Shown here one piece after another: positions 16,922-27,348 of a stretch of 64,000 nt of DNA; position 1 is the stretch's first letter; each line of letters starts with the position of its first letter. The position numbers were made by a program, and so were the translations under genes. Below the pieces are notes generated by a model. The model was not told where the DNA came from. It saw only the letters and a list, made by a program, of their open reading frames with translations, and made no database searches. Location of the stretch: positions 124,001 to 188,000 of the IMG/VR virus record IMGVR_UViG_3300022200_000019. One strand, written 5' to 3'.

Positions 16922-19309
16922 ATGGCGCAGCCAGTTTGGGTAACCGATCCAGGAAGTCTGGGCACAGTTGAAGAAGGAAAATTTTTCCAAATTCCACTGT
17001 CTGCTTTTGATCCAGATTATCCAAACGACACATCAAAAATCAGTTATCTGTTAATTTCTGGAGAACTTCCACAAGGCGTTCGTGTAGGAGCGTCTGGGTT
17101 AATAGAAGGCATTCCTCAGGCATTTGGATTAGTAGCTGGTGTTCCTGCTGAAGTTGGTGAAAATGTTACATCCAGATTTACGGTCAGAGTATACAATGAT
17201 TTAAACAGAATAAACGACAGAACATTTTCAATCACAGTGGTTGGTCAAGATGTGCCCACGTTTACTACACCACCAGGACAGATAGGCGCATATTATGATG
17301 GGGATTATGTAAATTATCAGATTGAGTTTAGTGATGATGATCCCAATGATGATGTTGAAATTTCAATAACCAATGGATTATTGCCGCCCGGACTTACATT
17401 ATCGTCTACTGGTGTTATCTCTGGGTACATAAAGCCAATCGCTGAGCTCGAAGAAAATGCCATCGCAGGCTGGGATCGTGATGGGTCTGCATTTGATGAA
17501 TTTCCATATGATTTTAGTTCAAGATCCATCAACAAAAATTATGAGTTTGTTTTAAAACTTTCAGATGGTAAACAATCAGAATTGAGAGCATTTTCTATAT
17601 TTGTTTACAGCAGAAATAGCACAACCGCAGATACCACTGACATTAGTGCTGATAATTCTTTTATCACCACTGACATAACAATATCCAGAAATCCATACAT
17701 TGATAATTATACACCGAATTTGGGCACATATACACATGATAATTTTTATGCCCATCAATTTGTTGGTGTTGATCCCGATGGTGATCAGGTTAGATTTATA
17801 TTTCTGGGAGGAACACTGCCGCCAGGTCTGCACTTGGACGAAGTAACCGGGTGGATGCTGGGGTATATTCCAGATATCGGCATTCAAAATCTCACATATA
17901 ATTTTACAATAAGAATTGCCAAACAAATTAATATATCTGCATATCGAGATTATGCCTTCAGTCTGGTGATATCTGGAAGTGTGGGTAATGATGTTACCTG
18001 GATAACAGATTCAGACCTGGGTACCATTGTCAATGGAAACATAAGCACGCTATCAGTATCAGCTGTGCATGTTAATAATATCAGATTAAACTATAGAATA
18101 AAATCTGGTTCGAACAGCAAACTACCGCAAGGGCTGAAACTAGAATCCAGTGGCAATATCATTGGTCGCGTTGGTTTTGAAACATTTTCGCTGGATGGCG
18201 GAGATACTACATTTGATAAAGATCTCAGAACCAGACTCTCCATTGACGAAACCACGTTTGACATGGTGTATGAATTCACAATTGAAGCCTACAACGATGA
18301 AGAAATTGTGAACATAGGAAAAACCTTCACAGTTGAAGTTGTTAAGCAATTTAAAAAACCCTGTCAGTGTTTGAGAATCGAAGCCTTGCCTCCAATCAAC
18401 GACAGAGCTGTAATTAACCAATTGGTCAACAATCAAGATATCTTTAGACCAGAATGGATTTATCGTGCTGATGATCTTTATTTTGGGGTACAGAAGAAAG
18501 TAAGGTATGAGCATGCTTATGCCATGAACCCAGTTCACGTTTCTGATTATATTGATGCTATGGTCACACACCATTATCGTAAAAAACTTATTCTGGGGGA
18601 AATTAAAACTGCCAGAGCACTGGATGACAACGATAATGTTTTATATGAAGTGATATACAGCCAGATCATAGACGATCAAGTTAACAAACAGGGCGAAAGT
18701 GTTTCCGAAAGTGTTCGGCTAAAATACCCAATCAACGCAGGAGATAGCACAGAAATTAATACTGTTTACCCAAACAGTTTAGAAAACATGCGTAACACTG
18801 TGATTGATAGCATTGGCAAGACTGCAGACGTTCTGCCAAGATGGATGTTAAGCAAACAAGAAGATGGATCAATTCTGGGATTTGTTGCTGCTTGGGTAAT
18901 TGCGTACACCATACCAGGAAGATCAAAACAAATTGCATACAACATCACTGAACAGTTTGGCGATGAATTAAATAAAATTGATTTTATTGCTGATCGATAT
19001 ACCCTAGATGGATCGGTATCTCAGAATTGGGACATTGATGCACAACGCTGGAGCACTTCGTCTTTAACTACTTTTGACAGAGAAAACATCAATAACCAAT
19101 TGGTGATTACCGGTGATACTGATATTTACAGTGCTGACGATAACATCTGGCCCACGGCTGATCACGCTGCCGCTGACGCATCAGCTGAAACAATATTTGA
19201 TGGCAACAGTACCAAATTCATAACTAGTATTAGTATTCATGAGTATACAGACAGATACGATAAATATATATTATTTCCACAAACAAGGATTATAGAACAT
19301 GGCGAGTAA
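16922..19309 (+). CDS. Virion protein with putative Ig (He_PIG-like) repeats
   Basis: Repeated GELPQG/GLLPPG/GTLPPG/KLPQG-L-x-L-x-x-x-G-x-I-x-G units. Confidence 0.8.
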   Translation: MAQPVWVTDPGSLGTVEEGKFFQIPLSAFDPDYPNDTSKISYLLISGELPQGVRVGASGLIEGIPQAFGLVAGVPAEVGENVTSRFTVRVYNDLNRINDRTFSITVVGQDVPTFTTPPGQIGAYYDGDYVNYQIEFSDDDPNDDVEISITNGLLPPGLTLSSTGVISGYIKPIAELEENAIAGWDRDGSAFDEFPYDFSSRSINKNYEFVLKLSDGKQSELRAFSIFVYSRNSTTADTTDISADNSFITTDITISRNPYIDNYTPNLGTYTHDNFYAHQFVGVDPDGDQVRFIFLGGTLPPGLHLDEVTGWMLGYIPDIGIQNLTYNFTIRIAKQINISAYRDYAFSLVISGSVGNDVTWITDSDLGTIVNGNISTLSVSAVHVNNIRLNYRIKSGSNSKLPQGLKLESSGNIIGRVGFETFSLDGGDTTFDKDLRTRLSIDETTFDMVYEFTIEAYNDEEIVNIGKTFTVEVVKQFKKPCQCLRIEALPPINDRAVINQLVNNQDIFRPEWIYRADDLYFGVQKKVRYEHAYAMNPVHVSDYIDAMVTHHYRKKLILGEIKTARALDDNDNVLYEVIYSQIIDDQVNKQGESVSESVRLKYPINAGDSTEINTVYPNSLENMRNTVIDSIGKTADVLPRWMLSKQEDGSILGFVAAWVIAYTIPGRSKQIAYNITEQFGDELNKIDFIADRYTLDGSVSQNWDIDAQRWSTSSLTTFDRENINNQLVITGDTDIYSADDNIWPTADHAAADASAETIFDGNSTKFITSISIHEYTDRYDKYILFPQTRIIEHGE

Positions 19310-20186
19310 CATTAACCCAAATAACATTGATACAGCATATCCAGTAGCTGGTCAGGATAACGATAGTCAGGGGTTTCGTGATAATTTCACAAATATCAAA
19401 TCAAACTTTGAGTTTGCAGAAAACGAAATCGAAGACCTACAAGGCAAAGTTATTTTAAAAAGTGCATTGACTGGAACTAGCTTAGACAATGACATGTCAG
19501 GAGCCATTATATCAGCAGTGACCCTCAAAGATCCCAGAGAATCTGTAGATACACTGGGAACCATTACTGGCACAACCACAGTTAATGTTGCAGATGCACC
19601 ATATCAAACAGTAACTACTAGTGGTAACATTACACTAGCATTTACTGGTTGGCCAACATCTGGACATTCCAAGGTGCGTGTTGCTATCACAATTGCCAAC
19701 ACTAGTCATACAGTAACCTTACCAGTTGCAGTCGACACAGGACTGAACACTATTCAGGGCATTGACGGTAATAGAGTTATTACTTTTGCTGCTACGGGAA
19801 AATATGAACTTGAATTCAGTACTAGCAACGGTGGCAGTTCAATCACAGTCCGTGATTTAAGTCGTGTAGCAACATTTAACGCATTCGAAGAAACACCAGT
19901 ATCTGATAGTACTGTAAATGATGCAAATATGAATTATATTGGTTCCTGGGCAACAACAGCCGCGGGCGCCGGCGATATTGATTTACCGGACGGCACGGAA
20001 GGTCAGCTAAAAAGTTTTGGCTTATCGTACGACGGTGGTGATTTAACAATCAATGTCACAAGTGCTGCTTGGAACTCTGGTTCTACTGGTACTATTACAC
20101 TTAATGACGTTGGCGATGCATGTATTCTTCAATACATGAACAGCAGATGGTTCGTTGTGGGAAATAACGGCTGCACTATTGCATAA
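19299..20186 (+). CDS. Virion structural protein
   Basis: MASNINPNNIDTAYPVAGQDNDSQGFRDNF; T/G/S-rich beta composition. Confidence 0.7.
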   Translation: MASNINPNNIDTAYPVAGQDNDSQGFRDNFTNIKSNFEFAENEIEDLQGKVILKSALTGTSLDNDMSGAIISAVTLKDPRESVDTLGTITGTTTVNVADAPYQTVTTSGNITLAFTGWPTSGHSKVRVAITIANTSHTVTLPVAVDTGLNTIQGIDGNRVITFAATGKYELEFSTSNGGSSITVRDLSRVATFNAFEETPVSDSTVNDANMNYIGSWATTAAGAGDIDLPDGTEGQLKSFGLSYDGGDLTINVTSAAWNSGSTGTITLNDVGDACILQYMNSRWFVVGNNGCTIA

Positions 20187-20191
20187 TTTAA

Positions 20192-20220
20192 TTGACTTAA
20201 TCACGAGGTCCGTGTATAAT
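20192..20220 (+). promoter_or_regulatory. Sigma70-type promoter
   Basis: TTGACT-17 bp-TATAAT with extended TG. Confidence 0.85.
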
Positions 20221-20243
20221 TCCATAAATTAACAGGAGAATAC

Positions 20244-20645
20244 ATGGACCTTTCATCTTATATGCGCTTCGTTGAAAGCGTGACATCCGAACAATCAAAC
20301 AACGTTGATAGTTTTTTAGAAACTGTTGATAAACTAGCCACAACCAGCACAGTCAATATGCCCTTGCTCATAACCGCAGCAATTGGACTAGCAGCAGAAA
20401 GCGGCGAATTTTGCGAAATTCCTAAAAAAATCTTCTTCCAAGAAAAGCCATTAAATACTGACACTATTTTTCACATGAAGCGCGAACTCGGCGATATTAT
20501 GTGGTACTGGGTAAATGCTTGCCGCGCACTCGGGTTAGATCCTAACGATGTAATTGAAGAAAATGTGCGCAAACTTGAAGCACGTTATCCAGGTGGTGAA
20601 TTTGATAGTTGGTTCTCAGAGAATCGCAAAGCCGGAGACTTGTAA
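20244..20645 (+). CDS. MazG-like nucleoside triphosphate pyrophosphohydrolase
   Basis: GLAAESGEFCEIPKK...KRELGDIMWY...NVRKLEARYP. Confidence 0.9.
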   Translation: MDLSSYMRFVESVTSEQSNNVDSFLETVDKLATTSTVNMPLLITAAIGLAAESGEFCEIPKKIFFQEKPLNTDTIFHMKRELGDIMWYWVNACRALGLDPNDVIEENVRKLEARYPGGEFDSWFSENRKAGDL

Positions 20646-20884
20646 TGGAACATCCGTTTCTTAACACTGAAGAAATTGTAAAAATGAAAATAGAAGATAT
20701 TCAGAGTAAGATAACGGAGTTAACGAACAAGTTAAGTATTGCACACAGCACTAGCAATAGTTATCTGGTACATCAGGTTAGCATGGCTCTTGAAACATAT
20801 AACGTAGCGATGCAAAAGAAACTTTCTGAAATGTTCCCCAAAGACACTGAAGAAAAATATAAAGATAAGATTGATATTAAATGA
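20645..20884 (+). CDS. Hypothetical coiled-coil protein
   Basis: TAATG overlap; in frame with track ORF 20609. Confidence 0.7.
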   Translation: MEHPFLNTEEIVKMKIEDIQSKITELTNKLSIAHSTSNSYLVHQVSMALETYNVAMQKKLSEMFPKDTEEKYKDKIDIK

Positions 20885-21495
20885 ATGTAAGACTAAATTA
20901 CGACTTTGATTTTACTGCTGGTATCTGGATGGATGATGAACTTCGATTCAACCGATACAAGTTAGGCATATATATGATTACTGGAACCAACAACAGTTAT
21001 AATCAAAGTACAGCCATGGAACGCATTAGATATTTTTTAGGCAAGGTATCGCGCAGCGTTTTCATCCATCAAGAAAATACAGAAACCATTGAAAAATTAA
21101 TTGATCTTGGTATTCCGATCATTACGTTGCCGGGCGATCCATATGATCAGTTTGTTGAGCTTGCTCTTTATCGTAAGTTTAATGCAATAACAGAAGGCAA
21201 CATAATTGTTACTGATATTGAATTTGCTAGTTTATTTGGAGACTTTATCAATTACTTGCACTGTGACGAAGAAGACCTGGGCCCGTTTGCTGAAGATAAT
21301 TGGTGGAGCAAACCCACACTGGAACAATTTGATAAAAAGCTCTTGCACAAGGGGAAAAACGTTGTTAAAATTACACGTTATCCAGACTGGAAAGAAGTTG
21401 ATCTAGGCTGGGAAGAGGAAATCGAAGACGACGTTGAATACGTCGTCGAGTTCACCCCAGATAATTCTGTAACATTTGAAAAAGATGAAAATTGA
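20881..21495 (+). CDS. Hypothetical protein
   Basis: 204 aa, acidic C-terminus. Confidence 0.75.
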   Translation: MNVRLNYDFDFTAGIWMDDELRFNRYKLGIYMITGTNNSYNQSTAMERIRYFLGKVSRSVFIHQENTETIEKLIDLGIPIITLPGDPYDQFVELALYRKFNAITEGNIIVTDIEFASLFGDFINYLHCDEEDLGPFAEDNWWSKPTLEQFDKKLLHKGKNVVKITRYPDWKEVDLGWEEEIEDDVEYVVEFTPDNSVTFEKDEN

Positions 21496-21970
21496 CGTTT
21501 ACGGGCAACTAGTATATACAGAACAAGATGTTTGCGACGAGTTAATGCGTAATCCAGTGTTAGAGGATTATGGTACGTTTCTTGTTGAAAATTTACCAGA
21601 CATTGATAACATTGTTAAACAATATCGTGAACCAGATGTTGATGTTGAAGAATTTCACAAGCAAAACCAACAACAGTGGTTTATGCCGGCGGAATACAAA
21701 AATCTTGATATAGCAAAACATATTTTAGATTTGTGCAACACAGACGATGAATTACAACGTGTCGGCGAAGAGTTATTGTTATATCAAGAACGAGATCTTT
21801 TTGACTTGTTACGCTATCTGCTTTACCTGGTAGACACAATGAAAAAACATAATATCATCTGGGGTGTGGGCAGAGGGTCAAGTGTAGCAAGTTACGTATT
21901 ATATCTTATCGGCATACATCGTGTGAATTCAATGTATTACGATTTAGATCCCAGAGAATTCTTGCGCTAA
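21485..21970 (+). CDS. DNA polymerase III alpha (DnaE)-like fragment
   Basis: EELLLY...GVGRGSSVASYVLYLIGIHRVNSMYYDLDPREFLR matches DnaE GPGRGS...LGIT.VDP...FERFL. Confidence 0.85.
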   Translation: MKIDVYGQLVYTEQDVCDELMRNPVLEDYGTFLVENLPDIDNIVKQYREPDVDVEEFHKQNQQQWFMPAEYKNLDIAKHILDLCNTDDELQRVGEELLLYQERDLFDLLRYLLYLVDTMKKHNIIWGVGRGSSVASYVLYLIGIHRVNSMYYDLDPREFLR

Positions 21971-21997
21971 ATATGCGTATATAATGGAGAAGCTATA

Positions 21998-22489
21998 ATG
22001 GCAAAAACATACAGAACAGCGAAAGGAAAAACTGTTGACATTGGTGCGCTGTTGAGTCAAAATGAAGATGTTCGTGCAGTAGGTAACATGAATGTTAACG
22101 CACGCGGTGATCTTATTGACAGTCAAAATAAAACAATTGAACGCAAATCTAAACAAGTTCAGAAACAATACCGCAAACAAATTGGTAATCGTGTAACCGA
22201 TGATGTTGTTTATTCTAGTAGGCGTGCAGCAGAAGCAGCGCAAAATGCCGCTAGTATTGCAGAAGAATATGCTAAAAAAGAACCTGTTGAAGTTCAAAAA
22301 GAGGTTAAAGAAGAAGTTAATGTTGCGCCGCCGGTTCCAACAGTAGATCCAGCAATCGAGGCTATCGAAGAACCTCAAGCAAAAGGCGGATTAGCAGCAG
22401 CTCTTGCAAAGGCACGGCAAGTCAAACAAGAACCACTAAAAACTGCCAGACAACAAGCAAAAGAACAACCGGGCGTTAAGAAAATTTAA
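21998..22489 (+). CDS. Hypothetical late protein
   Basis: TAAATA 21968, SD GGAG; VGNMNVNARGD motif. Confidence 0.8.
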   Translation: MAKTYRTAKGKTVDIGALLSQNEDVRAVGNMNVNARGDLIDSQNKTIERKSKQVQKQYRKQIGNRVTDDVVYSSRRAAEAAQNAASIAEEYAKKEPVEVQKEVKEEVNVAPPVPTVDPAIEAIEEPQAKGGLAAALAKARQVKQEPLKTARQQAKEQPGVKKI

Positions 22490-22491
22490 TT

Positions 22492-22902
22492 ATGAGTACT
22501 CTAGTAACACATAAAATCACAGGATTGCGTGCAATCAAGGATCATGTTCTGGTAACAGACATGAATTTTCACGAAAGATTTACTGAAGGCGGTATCATTA
22601 TTCCTGGTGACAACGGAACCACTGCTGGAATCAGACCTCGCTGGGCGATGGTGGTAGCTGTGGGTCCAGAACAACATGATGTCAAAGTTGGTGAATTTAT
22701 TCTGGTGGATCATGGTCGTTGGACTCGAGGAGTCGCTGTGGAGATGGAGGGGAATCCGGCGGTCGTCAGGCGTGTTGATGCCAAGGATATCTTGCTTTCC
22801 AGCGATGAACCACACACAGATGATACTTTTAGCAGTGCGCAACAAGCACGTTTAGACCGCACTCGCACTGAAGGATCCATGCATAACTCGCATAACTGGT
22901 AA
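22492..22902 (+). CDS. groES: GroES/Cpn10 co-chaperonin
   Basis: LRAIKDHVLV...TEGGIIIP...VVAVGP...VKVGEFIL...DILL; C-terminal extension. Confidence 0.9.
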   Translation: MSTLVTHKITGLRAIKDHVLVTDMNFHERFTEGGIIIPGDNGTTAGIRPRWAMVVAVGPEQHDVKVGEFILVDHGRWTRGVAVEMEGNPAVVRRVDAKDILLSSDEPHTDDTFSSAQQARLDRTRTEGSMHNSHNW

Positions 22903-23129
22903 TGCTTCAACCACAAACCAAACACGGCGTTGAGGCAATGGAGTCCATTCGCATGCTTGTGTTAGAAATGCATTCGGGATTTAATGACGGATTTATTGCA
23001 AGTCACTATAAACGCGATTTGTTTATTATCAAACATCTATTAGAACAAATCTACAACAACGCTCCTACCTTTTCAAACGAAGAAGAATGGGAGCATGAAC
23101 TTTTACTTGACAAACTCTCCGAAAAATAG
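22902..23129 (+). CDS. Hypothetical protein
   Basis: TAATG overlap. Confidence 0.7.
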   Translation: MLQPQTKHGVEAMESIRMLVLEMHSGFNDGFIASHYKRDLFIIKHLLEQIYNNAPTFSNEEEWEHELLLDKLSEK

Positions 23130-23141
23130 TATTATACGACT

Positions 23142-24056
23142 ATGAAAGAACTATGGACTGAAAAGTGGCGTCCTCGCACAGTCAAGGACTATGTGTTTCG
23201 TGACGAAGCGCAGCGTAAACAAGTACAGGGTTGGATAGATTCTGGTGCTATTCCACACTTACTATTCTCAGGTGCTCCTGGTGTAGGTAAAACTACACTA
23301 GCAAAAATACTCATTAATGAACTTGACGTTAACGAATATGATGTGCTTGAAATCAACGCAAGTCGTGAAAACTCTGTTGATACTATCCGAGAAAAAATTA
23401 CTGGATTCGTAGCCACAATGCCATTTGGTGCATTTAAAGTGGTGCTATTAGATGAAGCTGATTATATTTCTCCAAATGGTCAGGCTGCGCTGCGCGGCGT
23501 AATGGAAACATATCATGCAAGTGCCAGATTTATTCTTACCTGTAACTATCCAAATCGTATTATCCCTGCTCTACATTCTAGATGCCAAGGATTCCATATC
23601 GAGCGTGTGGATATTGTTGAGTTTACTGCTCGTATGGCTAACATACTTCTTAGTGAAGGGGTTAATTTTGAGCTAGATACGCTGGATACATACGTTAAAG
23701 CAACATATCCGGATTTGAGAAAGTGTTTGAATATGTGTCAAATGAATGTAACCGATGGACACTTAATCAAGCCAAACGGTGATGAAGGTGGTTCGCAGGA
23801 TTACAAACTACAAGTAGTAGACTTGTTTAAAGCAGGCAAGATTAAAGAAGCTCGCAATATGCTTACTTCAAGTGTGCGTCCAGAAGATATGGAAGAACTG
23901 TATCGGTGGATGTATGACAACTTGGAGTTGTGGGGCGACACAGACGAAAAGAAGGATAAAGCTATCCTTACTATCCGCACCGGACTTGTTAATCATAGTT
24001 TTGTAGCGGATCCGGAGATTAATCTCTCAGCAACATTAGTAGAGTTAACATCATGA
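23142..24056 (+). CDS. Clamp-loader AAA+ subunit (T4 gp44/RFC small subunit-like)
   Basis: WTEKWRP, GAPGVGKTT, LLDEAD, LHSRC. Confidence 0.95.
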   Translation: MKELWTEKWRPRTVKDYVFRDEAQRKQVQGWIDSGAIPHLLFSGAPGVGKTTLAKILINELDVNEYDVLEINASRENSVDTIREKITGFVATMPFGAFKVVLLDEADYISPNGQAALRGVMETYHASARFILTCNYPNRIIPALHSRCQGFHIERVDIVEFTARMANILLSEGVNFELDTLDTYVKATYPDLRKCLNMCQMNVTDGHLIKPNGDEGGSQDYKLQVVDLFKAGKIKEARNMLTSSVRPEDMEELYRWMYDNLELWGDTDEKKDKAILTIRTGLVNHSFVADPEINLSATLVELTS

Positions 24057-24346
24057 GATATTTTATGGCAACATATGCGCAAAAGGCAAACGGATCATTT
24101 GATGAAGCAGTGCGTGTAGACAAAAGATTGCGTAATCGAGATCTAGCAGAAGCTAGTGTTATTATGGATTTTAAGGAACGCAAAGTAGTAAAACTTCGAC
24201 TAGAAGATGGCACAGTAGGCGATAAAAATTGGGACAGAGTTTGGTTGTATTATCACCAGCACTATAAGGATTTAATTGAAGATTTAGGAAGAGCAAATGG
24301 ATACGAAGTTGAAGTTGAAACAGAAGCAGAACCTAGCCAAGGTTAA
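24053..24346 (+). CDS. Hypothetical protein
   Basis: ATGA overlap. Confidence 0.7.
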   Translation: MRYFMATYAQKANGSFDEAVRVDKRLRNRDLAEASVIMDFKERKVVKLRLEDGTVGDKNWDRVWLYYHQHYKDLIEDLGRANGYEVEVETEAEPSQG

Positions 24347-24349
24347 AAA

Positions 24350-24886
24350 ATGATCATTGACATTGCAAAACTAACGGATTTTACAACCAACCATAATCAT
24401 GACGCAGAAGTAGCTGTCCAAACATGGATGTGTGATGTATACAATCTAGAATCTGGTACTGTCACACAGGGGTTTGACCCAACATTTGATTTCGTGGTGA
24501 GCGGACAGCGTATCGAACTTAAAATTTCATCTAAGGGAACATCAAACGGCATGATTGAACTCATGCGAGACAACTATTCACCGTCTGGACTATCCGCTAC
24601 GAAATCCGATATTCACGCATTTTTAAATCCAGCAGGAAACGGAATTGCAAAATTACGTTTGATTAAGACAAATGAACTAATTGCATTCTATTTTAGAAAC
24701 ACAAAAAATCGAACCTTAATTCCATCAGATGGTAATAAGCGTGGATCTTATATGGCTCCAATGAACTTTAAAGACCACAAAGATCTAATGATTGGTGAGT
24801 GCAGTTATGCCGACGGCAAGTTTGATCTTTCAACTATGAAAGACAATACATTTGCCAGATCCAATATTTTAAAAATGTTTGCATAG
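24350..24886 (+). CDS. Putative PD-(D/E)XK nuclease-fold protein
   Basis: E...PTFD-FVVSGQRI-ELK spacing. Confidence 0.5.
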   Translation: MIIDIAKLTDFTTNHNHDAEVAVQTWMCDVYNLESGTVTQGFDPTFDFVVSGQRIELKISSKGTSNGMIELMRDNYSPSGLSATKSDIHAFLNPAGNGIAKLRLIKTNELIAFYFRNTKNRTLIPSDGNKRGSYMAPMNFKDHKDLMIGECSYADGKFDLSTMKDNTFARSNILKMFA

Positions 24887-24895
24887 GTTATTGTA

Positions 24896-25486
24896 ATGAA
24901 ACACAAAAGAATTTTGGTTGACGCTGATGGTGTTTTATTAGATTGGATGTATGCTTTTGATCAATGGATGATCCGTCATGGATTTCAAGTAAAAGATCCA
25001 AACGGATATAAAGTAGACGAGCGTTTTTACATTGAGCATGATAAAGGCAAGATGTATGCCAAGATGTTTAATGAAAGTGCGTGGATTCGCAAACTTCCAC
25101 CACACAAAGATGCTATTCACTATGTAAAGAAATTACATCAAGAACACGGTTATGTATTCCACGTAATTAGTTCGCTTAGTGATGATGAATATTCTCAGCA
25201 CCTGCGTACTAAGAACTTGCGTGAATTGTTTGGTGATACTGTGTTTGAAAAGTATGTATATTTGGACACAGGTGCAGACAAGGACAATGCGTTATTGCCG
25301 TACAAGGACTCTGGTTGTTATTGGGTAGAAGATAAGCCAGAAAACAGCGAATTAGGCTATAATATGGGGCTAACTCCACTACTTATGGAGCATGACCATA
25401 ACGCTGATCACGTTAGTGATAACGTGAAGCGTGTACAAAACTGGCGCGAAGTTTACGAAATTATTACCGAGAACGACACGTATTAA
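24896..25486 (+). CDS. HAD-family 5'(3')-deoxyribonucleotidase
   Basis: LVDADGVLLDW, WVEDKPEN. Confidence 0.85.
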   Translation: MKHKRILVDADGVLLDWMYAFDQWMIRHGFQVKDPNGYKVDERFYIEHDKGKMYAKMFNESAWIRKLPPHKDAIHYVKKLHQEHGYVFHVISSLSDDEYSQHLRTKNLRELFGDTVFEKYVYLDTGADKDNALLPYKDSGCYWVEDKPENSELGYNMGLTPLLMEHDHNADHVSDNVKRVQNWREVYEIITENDTY

Positions 25487-26468
25487 GGCATATATAGGGT
25501 TTGCCTGACATTATATCAGGTAAATCCCACGACTTCTGCAATGTTGTAAACCATTCAACACATTCGCTTAGAGGATATTCCAGTGCATTGTTATTTTTAA
25601 TCATTGGTTTAATTTGCGAGTTGCCAGGTTGGTGCATAGTTTCCGGGTAAAATCCCGTAAAACAACATGGATATATAGAACCGTCGGCTGCTAGATAAAT
25701 TTCTTGGTTTTGCATAGATATACAGTTTAATCTCGACGATTCGTCTATGTCTATTGACATTTTTATCGATGGATCAAACCAAGATAAATGATTGTTCAAT
25801 AAATCAGTAACTTTAGGTATGCCGCCAGGCCATCCATTAGTTCCTATCCAATATTCAAACTCTCCTTTTCTAGAATACACAGGGGTTTGGTTTCTTCCTT
25901 GGTCCCACAGTGTGAAATCTGTAAACCCAAGATCTTTTGCTAATGCCTTGCATTCGTTGATCTGATGTTTGTTATGCATAAATGGTATAAATTTCCAAAC
26001 AGCATTTCCGTTATTGTTAATAACAGATTTCGCGTTAGCAATAACTTTATTCCAATTCGTGTCTATTCTATAGGTGCTATGGGTATCTTCTAACCCATCC
26101 AATGCAAATAATATAGTGATGCGTCTATTTGCTAATTGTGCCCACCATTCTGGAGTATTAGCACTACCGTTAGTTTCGATTTGTATTTGCGAAGTGCTGT
26201 TAGTTAGAAAGTAATCAACTATTTTTAGCGCATCCTTGGCGTTAGAAAAGTCGCCAAGGTTACCATTAAAGTTAACATGCCTGATTTGCTTTAAAAAATC
26301 AATAGAAAATATTTTCTGTATATCTTCTAATAAAAGTTCTGTTATCGGGTACCCAGAATTATAAGAATATCCGCGATAATTTCTCATGCACATTGGGCAC
26401 CTAGCATTGCATCTAGTGGTTAACTCAATGTGCAGAGAACGTATACTGTTGATATCTAGCATCAACAT
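25464..26468 (-). CDS. Radical SAM protein with SPASM/Twitch domain
   Basis: CNARCPMC, FNGNLGD, IETNGS, ADGSIYPCC, C-terminal CxxxC; probable true start ATG 26462. Confidence 0.9.
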   Translation of the reverse strand: MLMLDINSIRSLHIELTTRCNARCPMCMRNYRGYSYNSGYPITELLLEDIQKIFSIDFLKQIRHVNFNGNLGDFSNAKDALKIVDYFLTNSTSQIQIETNGSANTPEWWAQLANRRITILFALDGLEDTHSTYRIDTNWNKVIANAKSVINNNGNAVWKFIPFMHNKHQINECKALAKDLGFTDFTLWDQGRNQTPVYSRKGEFEYWIGTNGWPGGIPKVTDLLNNHLSWFDPSIKMSIDIDESSRLNCISMQNQEIYLAADGSIYPCCFTGFYPETMHQPGNSQIKPMIKNNNALEYPLSECVEWFTTLQKSWDLPDIMSGKPYICLNTCRSR

Positions 26469-26477
26469 ATTTACATA

Positions 26478-27188
26478 TTAATTCTGGTATAAATTTAAAA
26501 CTGTGTCAATAATTCTGTGTCGTTGAATGTCCTTGGTCGATAATTTACAAACAGTGATGCCAGATGTCTGTTCTTGAAGTCTAGCACAAAGATCAATAAG
26601 ACCATTTTCAGACTTACGGCGATCTGTTTGTTCTACGTCACCTGTTACAACAACCTTACTACCTTCACCAATACGTGTTAGTAGCATTTTCATTTGTCCA
26701 GGAGTGGCGTTTTGCATTTCATCTCCGATAATCCAAGCGTTTTTGAATGTGCGACCTCTCATAAATGCTAGTGGGGCAACTTCCACAATTTGTTCTTCTA
26801 ACATTCTTGCGATCTCTTGAGGCGTGTAATATTCACGTAATACGTCTAGTAATGGACGAGTCCAAGGTGCCATTTTTTCCTCAAGGGTACCTGGTAAGAA
26901 GCCATGCTGCTCATCTTCTACGCCTACTGCTGGTCTTGTTAGTACAATACGTTCGCAACGCCCCATTCTAAAACAACGGATTGCCGCTTGCATTGCTAGA
27001 TATGTTTTGCCTGTACCTGCTGGGCCATAAGCAATAACAATGTCAGTGCTTGGATCAAGTAATCCTACAATATAGTTCTCTTGATTAAGTGATTTAGGAA
27101 TTAACTCTGTTTGTCTTAGCTGTGTTTTTAATGCTGAATTAAAGTTAATAGTATTTTCATCTTTCTTTAAACGTTTGTTTCTAGCCAT
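26478..27188 (-). CDS. phoH: PhoH-family ATPase
   Basis: GPAGTGKT, LTRP, GFLPG, FMRGRTF, DEMQN, GD..Q; TAAATA (-) at 27212-27217. Confidence 0.95.
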   Translation of the reverse strand: MARNKRLKKDENTINFNSALKTQLRQTELIPKSLNQENYIVGLLDPSTDIVIAYGPAGTGKTYLAMQAAIRCFRMGRCERIVLTRPAVGVEDEQHGFLPGTLEEKMAPWTRPLLDVLREYYTPQEIARMLEEQIVEVAPLAFMRGRTFKNAWIIGDEMQNATPGQMKMLLTRIGEGSKVVVTGDVEQTDRRKSENGLIDLCARLQEQTSGITVCKLSTKDIQRHRIIDTVLNLYQN

Positions 27189-27348
27189 ATATCTCCTTCC
27201 TGACTTAATTTTATTTAAGGCCGCAATCAGATCAATATTACAGCTCAGTTATTGAAAATATTTTCGAGCTAAATAAATTTTTTGCACCCCTGAAAAACTT
27301 AAAATCACAAAATATATTCCCAGTCCTGTATCGCGCATACATAGTGTT

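Noticed and set aside
20881-21495. QueD-like (7-deazaguanine pathway) enzyme
   Set aside because: No His/Cys zinc motif recognised and no folE/queC/queE/dpdA neighbours; the radical SAM genes carry or adjoin SPASM-type domains, unlike QueE.
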